A stretch of 59,036 nt of DNA, filler included, from Sphacelaria rigidula (lineage: Eukaryota): NCBI GenBank assembly GCA_964200075.2. It is 7 parts of 7 records of this genome, joined end to end, with 100 filler letters (N's around TTAATTAATTAA, not from the genome) between each part and the next. Parts side by side here need not be neighbours in the genome. Positions count along the whole stretch, not along the records: positions 33,795 to 42,142 come from CAXNAA020011439.1; positions 42,243 to 50,589 come from CAXNAA020011440.1; 5 more parts are not named here. One strand, 5' to 3'. Below are positions 35,995 through 46,805 of the stretch, one piece after another. Each line of letters opens with the position of its first letter. The stretch's first letter is position 1. The translations under genes were made by a program, and so were the position numbers. The notes under the pieces are model-generated. The model made no database searches. It was not told the origin of the DNA and saw nothing but the letters and a program-made list of their open reading frames with translations.

Positions 35995-38900
35995 TTAGGC
36001 AGATTATCGCCAGCACCCTGGGCCCAGAAGGTATCGCCGCCGAACAATTGAGTGCAAAGATCCTCAAGGTACGAGTAGCCGTCAGGCATAGAGTTGCCAC
36101 AACCTCCATGCTAAGGTATGCTCCTACTGAGACAGAACACGACTCTGAAGAGACCAACTTCTGGGAAACCCTCTGTAGTTCCGTGACTGAAGTGCTCGCC
36201 AACGAGCACCTACCGGAAAGAGAGGAAAAGGAAGAATGGATGACGTTCGGGTATTGGGAGAGCACGGCAGAGACACACCCGGAATCATGATTGTAGACGC
36301 CTTTTGAAATGCGCTGCGGAACATAAAACAGCCATCACCCAACACATTTTTCGCACGCCAACTCGCGGGGAAAGCTCGACAGCATACACGCATGCGGGGT
36401 CGAATGTCGAACACCGCTGGCGCCTGGATTACATTCTAGTACGTCAGCAAGATCGTAGACGCGTCCGAAAAAAATGTCATCGTATACCTCGAGATGGCAT
36501 CGGACGATCGACTGGTCTTAGCGATCGTTCGTCTCCTCGGACGGAGCGTACCCAACCACCAACGGAAACCAGGAGGCGGAGATATGCGAGCGCGTTTCGA
36601 CCGCAAAGCCCTCGCATCCGACGGATAATGGAGAGCGGCTGTCCCACAGGCCATTACCACGAAGCTCCCGAATGCCACCAGCCCCCTCGCAGTAACGGAC
36701 GTCAACGGCATGGCATCTACTTTCGCCAACGCCCCACGACAGAAGGCAGTAGATACACTCCTTCGATGCCCAAAGAAAACCCGATCTGGAGGTTTCCGAG
36801 AGTCACTTCAGGCTCAGGATTGCTTCAAAAGGGCGTGGAATCTCGTGGAACATTTATGGAATACACTGCGCGCTAACCTCGAAGACCCTGTCTCGAAGAA
36901 GCGCTGAAGGTGACGGACAGAGCGTTCAAACGGGTCGAGGATGCTGAGCTGCAATACACTTCGTTCACGAGCTCACAGTTCGGACAGCAGAGTTTGTTCG
37001 CAAGAAGGATCAAGCAAGAATATACCAGCACATCAAGCCCTTGGAACTGGAAGAGGAGAAGTAGTGCAACTCGACCTACGTCAGGAGCGCGACTGGCGAG
37101 CTGTTGCGGGACAAGCAAGCTATCCTGCGACGGTGGAAGGAGTGCTTTTGAAACATTTCCTCACCTACGATCGACCACTTTGTTATTGGTCTCATCAAAC
37201 AGATGCCGGAGCACGCACCGCTCGCGGCCGAGCCCTCGATGGAAGAAGTGCAGGAAGCGGTGGGCAAGCTGGTGAAGGGCAAGGCCGTTGGAACGGACGA
37301 CATCTGCGGCGAATTATTGAAGCTCGGCCGCACCGAGGACTCTGCCATCCCGAGGCGCCTCTACAACATCGTGCTCACCATGTGACGTCAGGAAGTAGTG
37401 CTGCAAGAGTAGAAAGACACCATCATCAACGTGTTTTTCTAGAAAAAGGACCCGCACCAATGCGGAGACTACCGCGGTATTTCTCTCGGGTGCCACGCCG
37501 GCAAGGTGGTACTCAAAATAGTTTCCACTCGCCCCAGCGCCCTACTGCGAGTGGAAGGGAATCCTCCCACAAGCGCAACGCGGTTTCCCACCCGGCCGGT
37601 CGACAGTCGACATGATGTTCGTTGTGCGCAGGCTCCGAGAACTGGCCAGAGAGAAGAATATCACACGGTGCACGTGTTTCATCGACCTCCACAAGGCATA
37701 CGACTCAGTGGACCGCTCTCTTCTCTTGAAAGTCCCAGCACGCTACGGTATCTCCGCCACGATTATTTCCTTCATCCGCCAGCTCAACGACGGCATGCGA
37801 GCATACGTGCGCCTTGACAGCGGCGAGACATCTGAGTGGTTTCACATTTACCAGGAACTCCGCCAAGGTTGTGTGCTTTCCCGCGGGTTATCCAACATCT
37901 TTTTCGCGGTGGTACTGACGGTGACGCTCGAAGACTTCTGGGTCAATAAAAGAGGTGGCGAAGGACTTCATCCGCATCGCTGAATGGGGCGGGAAGACGA
38001 GGGACGAACTCAGCAAAGTGCTCCGGGTCATGCTATACGCCGACGACGCTGGCATCGCCTCGCGGTCTCAAGTAAGCCTGGCAAAGATAATGACATTCAT
38101 CGCCGAAGTATGTACGGCATTCGGCCTCGTCGTGGCGGGAAAAGATACCGTCACCATGCGCATGCGCTCCCCGAACATGGAGGCAGATACGGTCGAGGTG
38201 GAGGCGGCGGACCAACGATACAAGCAAGTTGAGTCTTTCCTCTACCTCGGCAGAAAAACCAGCAACATCGGCGATGCCACTGCTGACATCCACAGCCGCA
38301 TTGGCCAGGCCTGGACGTGCTTCCACGAGTACAGCAGAGCGGTATACGACAAACGGTAGATCGCCCTGGCCACCAGGGTTCGTCTCCTGAAGATTGGAGT
38401 GATCGAGGTAATACTATACGGCTGCGTGACCTGGATGATCGCACACGACCATTTCGGCGCGTTACGGGAGGCTCATCCAGGTTCTCTGGTGAGGTGCCTC
38501 AACGAGCATAGCCCAGGCCGCAGCGCCGCCCGACTACCACATGCTGCCATACCACGAGGTCTTCGAAAAATGTAGCTGCGAGTGCATCGAGGACACCGTG
38601 ATGAGACGAATCCTCCTACACGCCAGCCGCGTAGTGCGCATTCACAATCAACGCCTCCCCGACATCGTCATGCGTGGAGTGATGGTCGGAGGGAACACGA
38701 CGGCAGGCCGACCAGCAAAACGCCTACAACACTGTGTCTCGGAATATTGCCTTAACTTCGGAAAAAACGCGACATCGTGGACGCAGGTTGCACAAGATGT
38801 GTCCGGATGTCCTCGAGACGTGGAGGAGGGGGCTAAGATGTACACGGCAGCCTGGGCCGAAGCACGCCATGCTAAGGAACTGTTTGCTGTGCCATCACTA

Positions 38901-39146
38901 GAGTTCCCCCAGTACCAGTGACCAGTAGCCCATCGCGTAGTACAATCGCCAGTGCATCTGCCGTCTTTCCAAAGGCCTTTTGCTCGTTGTCTATGAGGGT
39001 GCCTGAGGTTGTTGAATTGATCCCCGCTTGGTGGCCATCCTATTAATAGTCCAAAGTAAGAGTTTTTGGCTTGAGGCCGTCTCTTCCGGTTCATTCTTTC
39101 CCCTCGTATTTTGCAAATAATGAGGGAAAAAATACAAGATGCCCAA

Positions 39147-41132
39147 GAGCTGGGCCAGCCTAAAAACGGATTTGAGCTCTAAAAGCAATATCTCATCGAC
39201 ACAGACAAGTTGGGCCGTGATCCGCATATCGTATTATCCGTCCAATCAAGGGGAAGGTGCCCATCTGCTCAGAGGTTTGGGCCCATATTTTCTCGTTGAT
39301 TAAACCCCATGTCCAGTAATTCCTATACCTAAGAGAGATAGCGCCAATACTAAAATATCTATTAAACTCCCGATCGATGCATTCAGCGGATGGCGATAAA
39401 TGTTGGTGTGGAGAACCACAAAAGAGTGCCGAATACAAGCTGGTTCACGCAAATGACCCCAAATTTAGTCCACAGCTAATGACGAACGCAATACCCAGCT
39501 AATATGCACAAATGTGGTATCATACTGACCGCAATGAACAGACGAAAAGGGTGACATAGTCGGATTTTTGTTCAAGGCTATAGCGGTGAATCTATGGACA
39601 AAAATATGTCTCGACCAATCAGCGCCTTTCAAATTGTTCCGAAATTGAAAACACGAATTCCAAGTCCAATTTCTACCGAATCTCCACATGGTGCAAATCG
39701 TAGTAACCGTCATCAGCTTGGGAATTCAACGGGAGAAGCAGATTTGAAAATGATTCCAACGGGGTCGAATTTTGCCCAAAACCGTAATGTTTCGGTGATA
39801 TGGAGCTTTGGCGTCGTCTAATTTCCACTCATGATACGTAGGAAAGACCCACGGAGCCTCGAGACGATTTCCCTAATATCTGTTGGAGAAAAGCTCAGAT
39901 CACCCTCAACCTTGGCAATTCCGTAGGTATTGATGCTCCAAATGGAAAAAATATATTCTTGGCAAGATTTCAAAGTTACATCGTTCTCTACCGGCTTCCG
40001 GGGGTCCCAGCATAAAGATCCCAGGAGCCCGGTACAGAATGCCCCAACACCAAAATTTTGACATCTTAGGGTTGGGTGGTATCCCAAGGAACATGTGTAC
40101 CGATTTTCGTTGCCCAACTCGAAAAACTGAATCGGTTGGGTCTTTTACCGTAAAAACAACCCTCCAAAAGGGCGATTCTGTACTTTAATCAAGTAATTAG
40201 GGGGGGGCGCGGCTAAAATAACAATTCACGGCACTGCTGCTCGATTTCTCACGCCGTTTTTAGGAGTTAGGCTCTGAAATTTGGCACATCCTTGGAGACA
40301 ATGCGAAAAAAATACTCATGAGTCATTTTCATTTTATGGGTTTCTTCACCTGATTTCCGGGGTCCCAAGACGGCCACCTTTTCCCGAGGACCACTAGGAC
40401 CCTCGAAATCCGGTGGAAAAACACAAAAAACGACCCAATGAGTAGTTTTCTCGTACAGGAGAGTGGAATTTGTCTGCAATGTTTCAGAGGCTAATTCCTA
40501 AAAACGGCGTGAGAAATCGCTGTGGACTAAATTTGGGGTCATCTCCGTGAACCAGCTTGTATTAAAAAAAACGGACCTTCATCTTTTTTTTTTCATAGAG
40601 GTTATGGCGTTCTCGTGAAGAAATGGTCTTTACCATAGTAGAACGCCCTAAACCAGTGAAAAAAAATGAAAAAACCCGACCCGACCCAATTTTTTTGGTA
40701 ATTATGCCTTAGAGAACGCCTACTCAAAAATATATTTCACGAAAACCAAACGTGGGCCGGTGAGTGGCCTGCGAAACACTGTTCCGAATTTTTACCGACC
40801 CGGTTTTTGATAGGCCCATGCTCTTTCATATATTTAGAGTTGGACCCTGAAATTTTGTATGGACAATGCATAAGGCATAAAAAAAGAAAACGTCGGTACC
40901 AAAAGTTTTTTTCCTTTCTTTTTTTCATGAGGTAAGGGCAATAATCAGTTTTCTGGTATGAGTAAAATACCCCCAACTCATGAAAAAAAGAAGAAAAACT
41001 TTTGGTGCCGACGTAATATATATATTTTTATGCCCTATGCATTGTCCATACCAAATTTCAGGGTCCAACGCAAAATATATGAAAGAGCATGGGCCTGCAA
41101 ACTTCAAATCCGCCTCCAGGCTGGCCCAGCTC
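39147..41132. mobile_element. Family E non-autonomous TIR element
   Basis: GAGCTGGGCCAGCCT....CGGATTTG with its inverse at 41105-41132, and an internal foldback at 40815-41095. TSD unresolved. Confidence 0.7.
39436..40559. mobile_element. TA-target (Tc1/mariner-like) non-autonomous element nested in family E
   Basis: TIR of about 41 bp, CAAGCTGGTTCACG..ATGACCCCAAATTTAGTCCACAGC, with TA on both sides. The paralogous empty site is at about 4918-4945. Confidence 0.85.
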
Positions 41133-41479
41133 GTACTTACGGTTCGTTCTTTTCACAAAATTCTCGGAGGAAAAATACAAAACGAAGACTGGGAAATTTT
41201 ACGAGATGGGCCCTCCTGGTTTGTGTGTTTTGAAAAAAACGAGACGAGATGGACACGATTTTTTCTCTCGTATTTTTCATTCGCGGCGCGGCGAGCATAG
41301 CAACGCCCGCCAGCCCTGAAGACGGTTGTTCCCTTCGACATGTGCGGGGCTATCCTGACAGCAATGTCGAACATCCCCAGCGCCGTTTACACACTAGACC
41401 GAACTTTGAATCGCCATCCCGGCGCACACGAGATGTCGTCAGGGGTTGATGATCTATTGGGATCGACCGTGCTCTCGAA

Positions 41480-41972
41480 AACCTGCAGCACAGACAGTAC
41501 CCAGCGCAGAGATTACAGGATACTGTCTGTCCTGCCTCATGCAGTAAGTTGTAGGCGTCAGTTTGCACACAACAGTAGTACGCACGGCTGTAGTAAAAAT
41601 GATGCGTACAGCTTGTGATGTATGGACAACGTGCAATACAGACAACACTAGGCAGTACTGTACTGTCTGCACTGCCGCATTGAAGAGTAGGATCCACATG
41701 ACATGCTGCACCCAACGGCTGCCGAAAATGATCAGGACAACGTGCAGTGTAGACAGGACAAGGCTTGTACTGCCGCATTCAACAGTACAGGATCGAATGT
41801 TCGTTTGCCAGTAGTGTACAACGGCTGCAATAAATATGATGTGGATAACGTGCAGTACAAACGCAACTAAGCAGTACGGTACCGTCTGTACTGCGCACAT
41901 TCGGCAGTATACATGTGCACATGTCAGGTTGCAGACGGTAACATACAACGGCTGCACTAAACTTGATGTGGA
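41480..41972 (+). repeat. Degenerate tandem repeat, unit about 105-130 bp
   Basis: ACGGCTG..AA(A/T)..TGAT..GGA(C/T)AACGTGCA recurs at about 41584, 41715, 41821 and 41948. Confidence 0.75.
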
Positions 41973-41978
41973 GGAGTT

Positions 41979-42142
41979 GCCGAGCCCCCGTGGTGTAATG
42001 GTCCGACTGTCGCCATCAGGGTGGAGAGAACATGGGTTCGATTCCCGATGCGTTATGTTTTTTCTTCGTAATGTCTGATTTCCACCGTGGAAAGCGTGAG
42101 AACGTTAGTAAGGAAAGACGTCGACTGGGTTTGTGTGACGTG
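41979..42142 (+). mobile_element. SINE family B, 5' portion at contig end
   Basis: A box TGGTGTAATGG, B box GGTTCGATTCC. Homologous to the 22597 copy. Confidence 0.75.
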
Positions 42143-42242
42143 NNNNNNNNNNNNNNNNNNNNNNNNNNNNNNNNNNNNNNNNNNNNTTAATTAATTAANN
42201 NNNNNNNNNNNNNNNNNNNNNNNNNNNNNNNNNNNNNNNNNN
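42143..42242. other. Artificial contig spacer
   Basis: N44-TTAATTAATTAA-N44. Confidence 0.99.
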
Positions 42243-43572
42243 TGAGTACCCGCCTAGTGTTGAATGTGTCGGTATCGTCCTCGCGTGGTGCCAAGTAAAT
42301 GGATACGTTTGGAAGCATCATCCCCACACGGGACAAAAGGACGTCCTGTTTGCGCCAGTTTCTAATTTGAAGTTGCTGAAATTCGTCGAGCTGTACTGAA
42401 GCGCCCGATTTATCGACTGTAACCTGCCCTATTAACCTCTGCGATCCCCCGTACCCTTCGCCGTTGCCCCCGATCAACCATTTCCGCAGGATGATGCAGA
42501 AGACGTGCAAGACGCATCTCTTTTAACTGTCGACGCTTGGCGTGACATCAAATTGCGCAGAGTCAGCGATTTGTGTAGGCCACGTACTGTCCCTCAAGGA
42601 GGAGAGCACGGATGGGGTAGAGGTGGAGCAGGAGCGGTGATCTTGGAGTCTACCGAGACCCAGCACCCGGTGTTCGTTGTACCGTTGATTGCTATTCAGC
42701 ACAGCATGATGTTCTTTTTCTGGTTAGACAGTTCCAAGTGCTCCCGGTGCTTTGCAGCCAATTTGCTGATGGGTAGTATTTGTTTTCCCGTGTTGATGGG
42801 TCATGAGCTATTCTTGATGAGTCCGTCGGCTCATGTTTCGAGTGCATTTTCGGAAATCCGATGCGGTTGGCGAGAGTCACTGGCAAAATCGATTTGCTGC
42901 AGCTCATAGACGGGAGGCGCTCCATTGGCTTCGTGCAAGAGAATTTTTTATGATCCGCTGCCATCGAGGGTGAGATGATGGAACAGAAAATCCAGGGTCC
43001 CACCACGTTTTGCGACTTTTCTCGGCACGAAAAGGCGTGATATCAACAGTCATACCACACGAGATGACTTGCGCTTTCAAAAACAACGACGGAAACTGCG
43101 GCGAAGTTTTTGAACAGAAACGTGATTTCAAGATATCCACGAGCCCCAAGTCCACACGAATGGTGGCATCAACCGCAATTGCGAATGAATTCGGGCACAA
43201 CCTGGCTAAATCGTATCTTATACCCGAACCGCACGACTCACTACTTTGGAGACCTCTTGAACGGTGCATTCTTCCACAAATGCGCGCCTGTGGGCCAGCG
43301 CGCAACATTGTCCAACATTATTCTGCCATTCCATTCAGGCAACGGGTGGCAGAATGTTCCAACATGCTACACATGTAAGCTTTTCGTCTCATCATCGGAA
43401 CCGGCGCAGCGAGACATGTGATGAATAAAACCTCGCTCTCGATCGTACTTTCAACGCTCGATTTCACGGGAACATTGTTTGGTTTGCCGGCAGGGTTTTG
43501 CACCAATGTGCGAGGTAAGCGTTTTGTCCATTGATGATGCAGACACTCCCCGCCGCTGAAAGCCATAAAAGC

Positions 43573-43619
43573 CTACTCTCAATCGTATCGTAGATTCTCA
43601 ATCTCACGAAAACATTGTT
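43573..43619 (-). mobile_element. Terminus of a family D-related element (body extends leftward)
   Basis: The reverse complement AACAATGTTTTCGTGAGATTGAGA...GATACGATTGAGAGT matches the left end of 3557-3861 (first 24 bp identical). Confidence 0.7.
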
Positions 43620-44728
43620 CAACGTGCTCATTGACACCAGGAAAAAAAAGACGAGATGGTCAAACTACGATCCAGACCAGCTGACGGCGACTTTAGAATG
43701 GAGCGTAGAGATGCCATTGGTGATTCACAATATTTAGGCGCTGAAAATTCGACACATTTTCATGATCACCCCGCGCAACGTCTTCGAGGGTGCAGAGGGG
43801 AAAAAAATACAGGAAGTTAGAGCGAGTGGAAGCTTCAGCAAAAACAGAGAAGAGCTACTTTGTTAAGTATACCTTTCAAGAAATGACGCCGACAACCCTC
43901 CAACACATTCAGGCACGCGCGTCAACGATTTTCCGGTGAAGTTTCAGCCGAAAATACCTCAAATTGAGCGCGATATCGCATTTGTTGTGAGACACGGCCG
44001 CACCGTTTTAATTCAGGTGATACAGAAGACTCCAATTGTGGGGGCCATGACTTTGGATCCCGCCTGATTTCACTGTCCAAAGTCGAGGTCATATATTATG
44101 CAGTACATTTTTTTCGATGTTTTCTCGTCATTCTGCGGTGGTGCCGTCTGACCATATTCGTCACGTTCAACGGCGGTATGCCCAAGTCGCGCTGATTCGG
44201 TAAATTCCAAACGTTGTGGTGTGAAAAGCAAATGAGGATTTCACTTTCGACCCGGCTCGTATATATATATTGCTCTTCATTGCACGTGCCTCCGAGGGAC
44301 ATGCGTGCCCCATATCGCCAAGCAAAAACAAAACAAGACGAGGAGTAAAACTGGGGATCGGTACGATATCAGCAATGGAGATACTAACATTCCTTCCTCT
44401 CTGGACGAATATATCTCTCTAGCACGCCGTGACGATACGATATTCCACGATTTACTCGCGCCGCTTGTTTTTATAAGAACACACGACAGATTCCCGTCAC
44501 CCGTAACATGAGGCAACACGATGGTGTGAAACGAAGACAACTCCCCCCGTACACTTCGAAAGGAACGTACCGCCATGGATACAGGGGAACCTCCTCCACA
44601 GACACAAACGGACACACACGAAGACGCAACGAAAGCAACACGGAGAAATAGAGCTAATAATAATTCAGACACAACTCCAAGCACAAGTCAAAACCGAAAT
44701 CAACCGTCGAACTTTAGTCACTCCACAG

Positions 44729-44908
44729 TCAAGCCTTGAGCTGCTCCCATGCCTCGTCCGCAGCCTTTGAACGCGCACTTTCCACAGCGAACACGTCCGT
44801 GGTGTGGTTGCTGTTGTATATGTTCTCGAAAGTCATGGGATTGCCTGCGCACTTGACCTTCCATACCTTGCCGCCGTCGAGCTTGTCGGTGTTGCTCCAG
44901 ACAGGTTG
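44729..44908 (-). CDS. Putative terminal exon, dsRNA-binding-motif-like
   Basis: Acceptor TTTCCTCCGTCTTCGCAG| followed by 59 codons and TGA, with GC3-rich codons. QPVW...KVWKVKC...ESARSKAADEAWEQL resembles a dsRBD by eye. Confidence 0.45.
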   Translation of the reverse strand, partial: QPVWSNTDKLDGGKVWKVKCAGNPMTFENIYNSNHTTDVFAVESARSKAADEAWEQLKA

Positions 44909-45460
44909 CTGCGAAGACGGAGGAAACATGAACGCAGCAGACGGGGGGTGGACAGCGGCCACGCAACGAAGGAATACGAGCACACATCAAGGTAAAATCT
45001 ACAACCGGCTCACCTAGAAGGGCACGGATAAAAAAGGAACACCTTGACTAGCTCACGATGGACAAACATCCAGTGTCCTGAAACTGGTGCATTGTCATGT
45101 CCCTCACTCGAGCGCTTGTCGACAGAACGCATTTTAATCGCGGAGCACAGGATCACAGGTCGATATTAGCGTTGGATACGCTGCTGGGCGCAGCTGAGCA
45201 ATAGCTCGACGGTTCGGAGCACCATTTCATTGCCCGACACCCTATAAATAATTGTAGCTGGAAAAAAGCGGGTGTACAGGATTATTTTCACTTCCTGTTT
45301 TGTGGTGTTTTCAGTGACTCATTTGATGGAAAGTAGCGTCGACTGGAAACAACTGAGGTTCGAAAACTGCACAGCGACCGTCCACACTCAAATCCTGCAA
45401 AAATCGCATAATACAGGACTTTTGACGTTGGCGCACCGAGGCGAGAAACTCTTTACTCAT

Positions 45461-45690
45461 CAGGGTGTCAGACCTCTTTTCAGAATATTTCACACCTTGG
45501 ACAATATATGGTCATTAGTTGCGATAGACGGGAAGTGTACTGCATCAAGTATAGGCCTTCCATGACTATCGTCGGTCGGCAGTAGTTGCAATAGGCCTAT
45601 ACTTTATGCCGTACACTTCTCGTCTACTGCATCTACTGACCATGTATTGTCCAGGGTGTGGAGTATTTCTACGAGGAGACTCAAATCCTG
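45461..45690. repeat. Foldback inverted repeat (arms about 97 bp, spacer about 34 bp)
   Basis: 45461-45558 is an imperfect inverse of 45593-45690. CAGG...CCTG ends. Confidence 0.85.
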
Positions 45691-45939
45691 GTATTCGCGA
45701 CGCTGCCGTTTTGTACCCGCCCCCGTAACAACGTGTGTCGTGTCCACCATGTTCCCCTGGCCTTTGAAAAGTGTAGTGTACACCCACTGGTATACTGACA
45801 ACTCCATCTGACGGAGATTGGCGCTGAATCTATTCCGCCCTGGATAAAATAATACTCCCAATATATATATATATATATATTAGTCGATCATACTGGAATA
45901 TGGTGATATATTCCCGGGGTAATATACATTGGTACTCTT

Positions 45940-46145
45940 CCTGGCCAGGTCGAGTAGAGTATACCCAAATCCGGGGTATCTCGAAAGACGTACTTGGGGT
46001 ACTCAAGTTAGGGTAAAGTATCGGGAGCCGTACCTAAACAATAGCTGGGAAGCGATTCCTGTAACCCCCGCCACCAAGTTGTGTACTTCAAGTACGACTT
46101 TCGAAATCCACCGCAACTGAGTATACTCTACTCGACCTACCCTTG
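45940..46145. mobile_element. MITE family F, copy 2 (inverted)
   Basis: Homologous to 34891-35100. TSD GTACTCTT/GTACCCTT. Confidence 0.85.
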
Positions 46146-46805
46146 GTACCCTTGGACTGCAGATGTCTGTCCCACTCAATTTATTTTGATACCCGTAGAT
46201 TGCAAACATATTGCCCCCCCCAGATATATACATACGGGCCGTGTGGGCAAAGGGTTATTGCAAGACCGATATAGTTTGGGCCTTTACGACTGCAGGTTGA
46301 TTGGGCGGGGAATGTATCGGTTTATATATCGAGGTAGTGTGTGTGACAAAATATCACCCACCCAGTATACGTTAGGTGCGCGGATCGATGTTGTGTAATA
46401 TTCCACCGAACCATGATTTCCAAGTACTGTTGTGCCCGTGAATGAAGGCCTTCTTTCTTCTTGTTATAACCCCGTGTACAGGTGTACATTTTGTATTAGC
46501 GCCGTCGACACTTCAAGTGACGCGTGTACTTGTGATTAATCCTGAATAGCTCACTCAGGATTCGTTTCTTCTGCCCCCGACTGATTGTAGTTAGTCGGTC
46601 CATTTTCCTCATATTTAGTGCCCAAAATCGGGCCCCATTCACGGTCATAACTGTACTCTGCCGCGTCCTCTCACGTTTGATATATAAGTGGGTCAGAAAA
46701 TATGGTGACAAGAGGGGACCCGGTATATGTGCATTTTGATACTCATCTGGCCACCTGTGTGGCCGCTCATTTTCACGCTGTGTTGGTGGGGGGTCGCTCC
46801 TTTTG

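Larger units (their letters stand above)
34755..38900 (+). mobile_element. RTE-clade LINE 2, near full length, decayed, with nested insertions
   Basis: ALQETRR, GVGLAI, YAPTE, RLDYILVRQ, GKAVGTDDI, YRGISL, CFIDLHKAYDSVDR, LRQGCVLS, MLYADDAG, FLYLG and an RTE-type C-terminus, with many stops and frameshifts. Confidence 0.92.

Noticed and set aside
41480..41972. CRISPR-like array (also 13810-14370, 21319-21373)
   Set aside because: Repeats are degenerate, the 'spacers' are homologous to one another or absent, there are no cas genes, and the context is eukaryotic.
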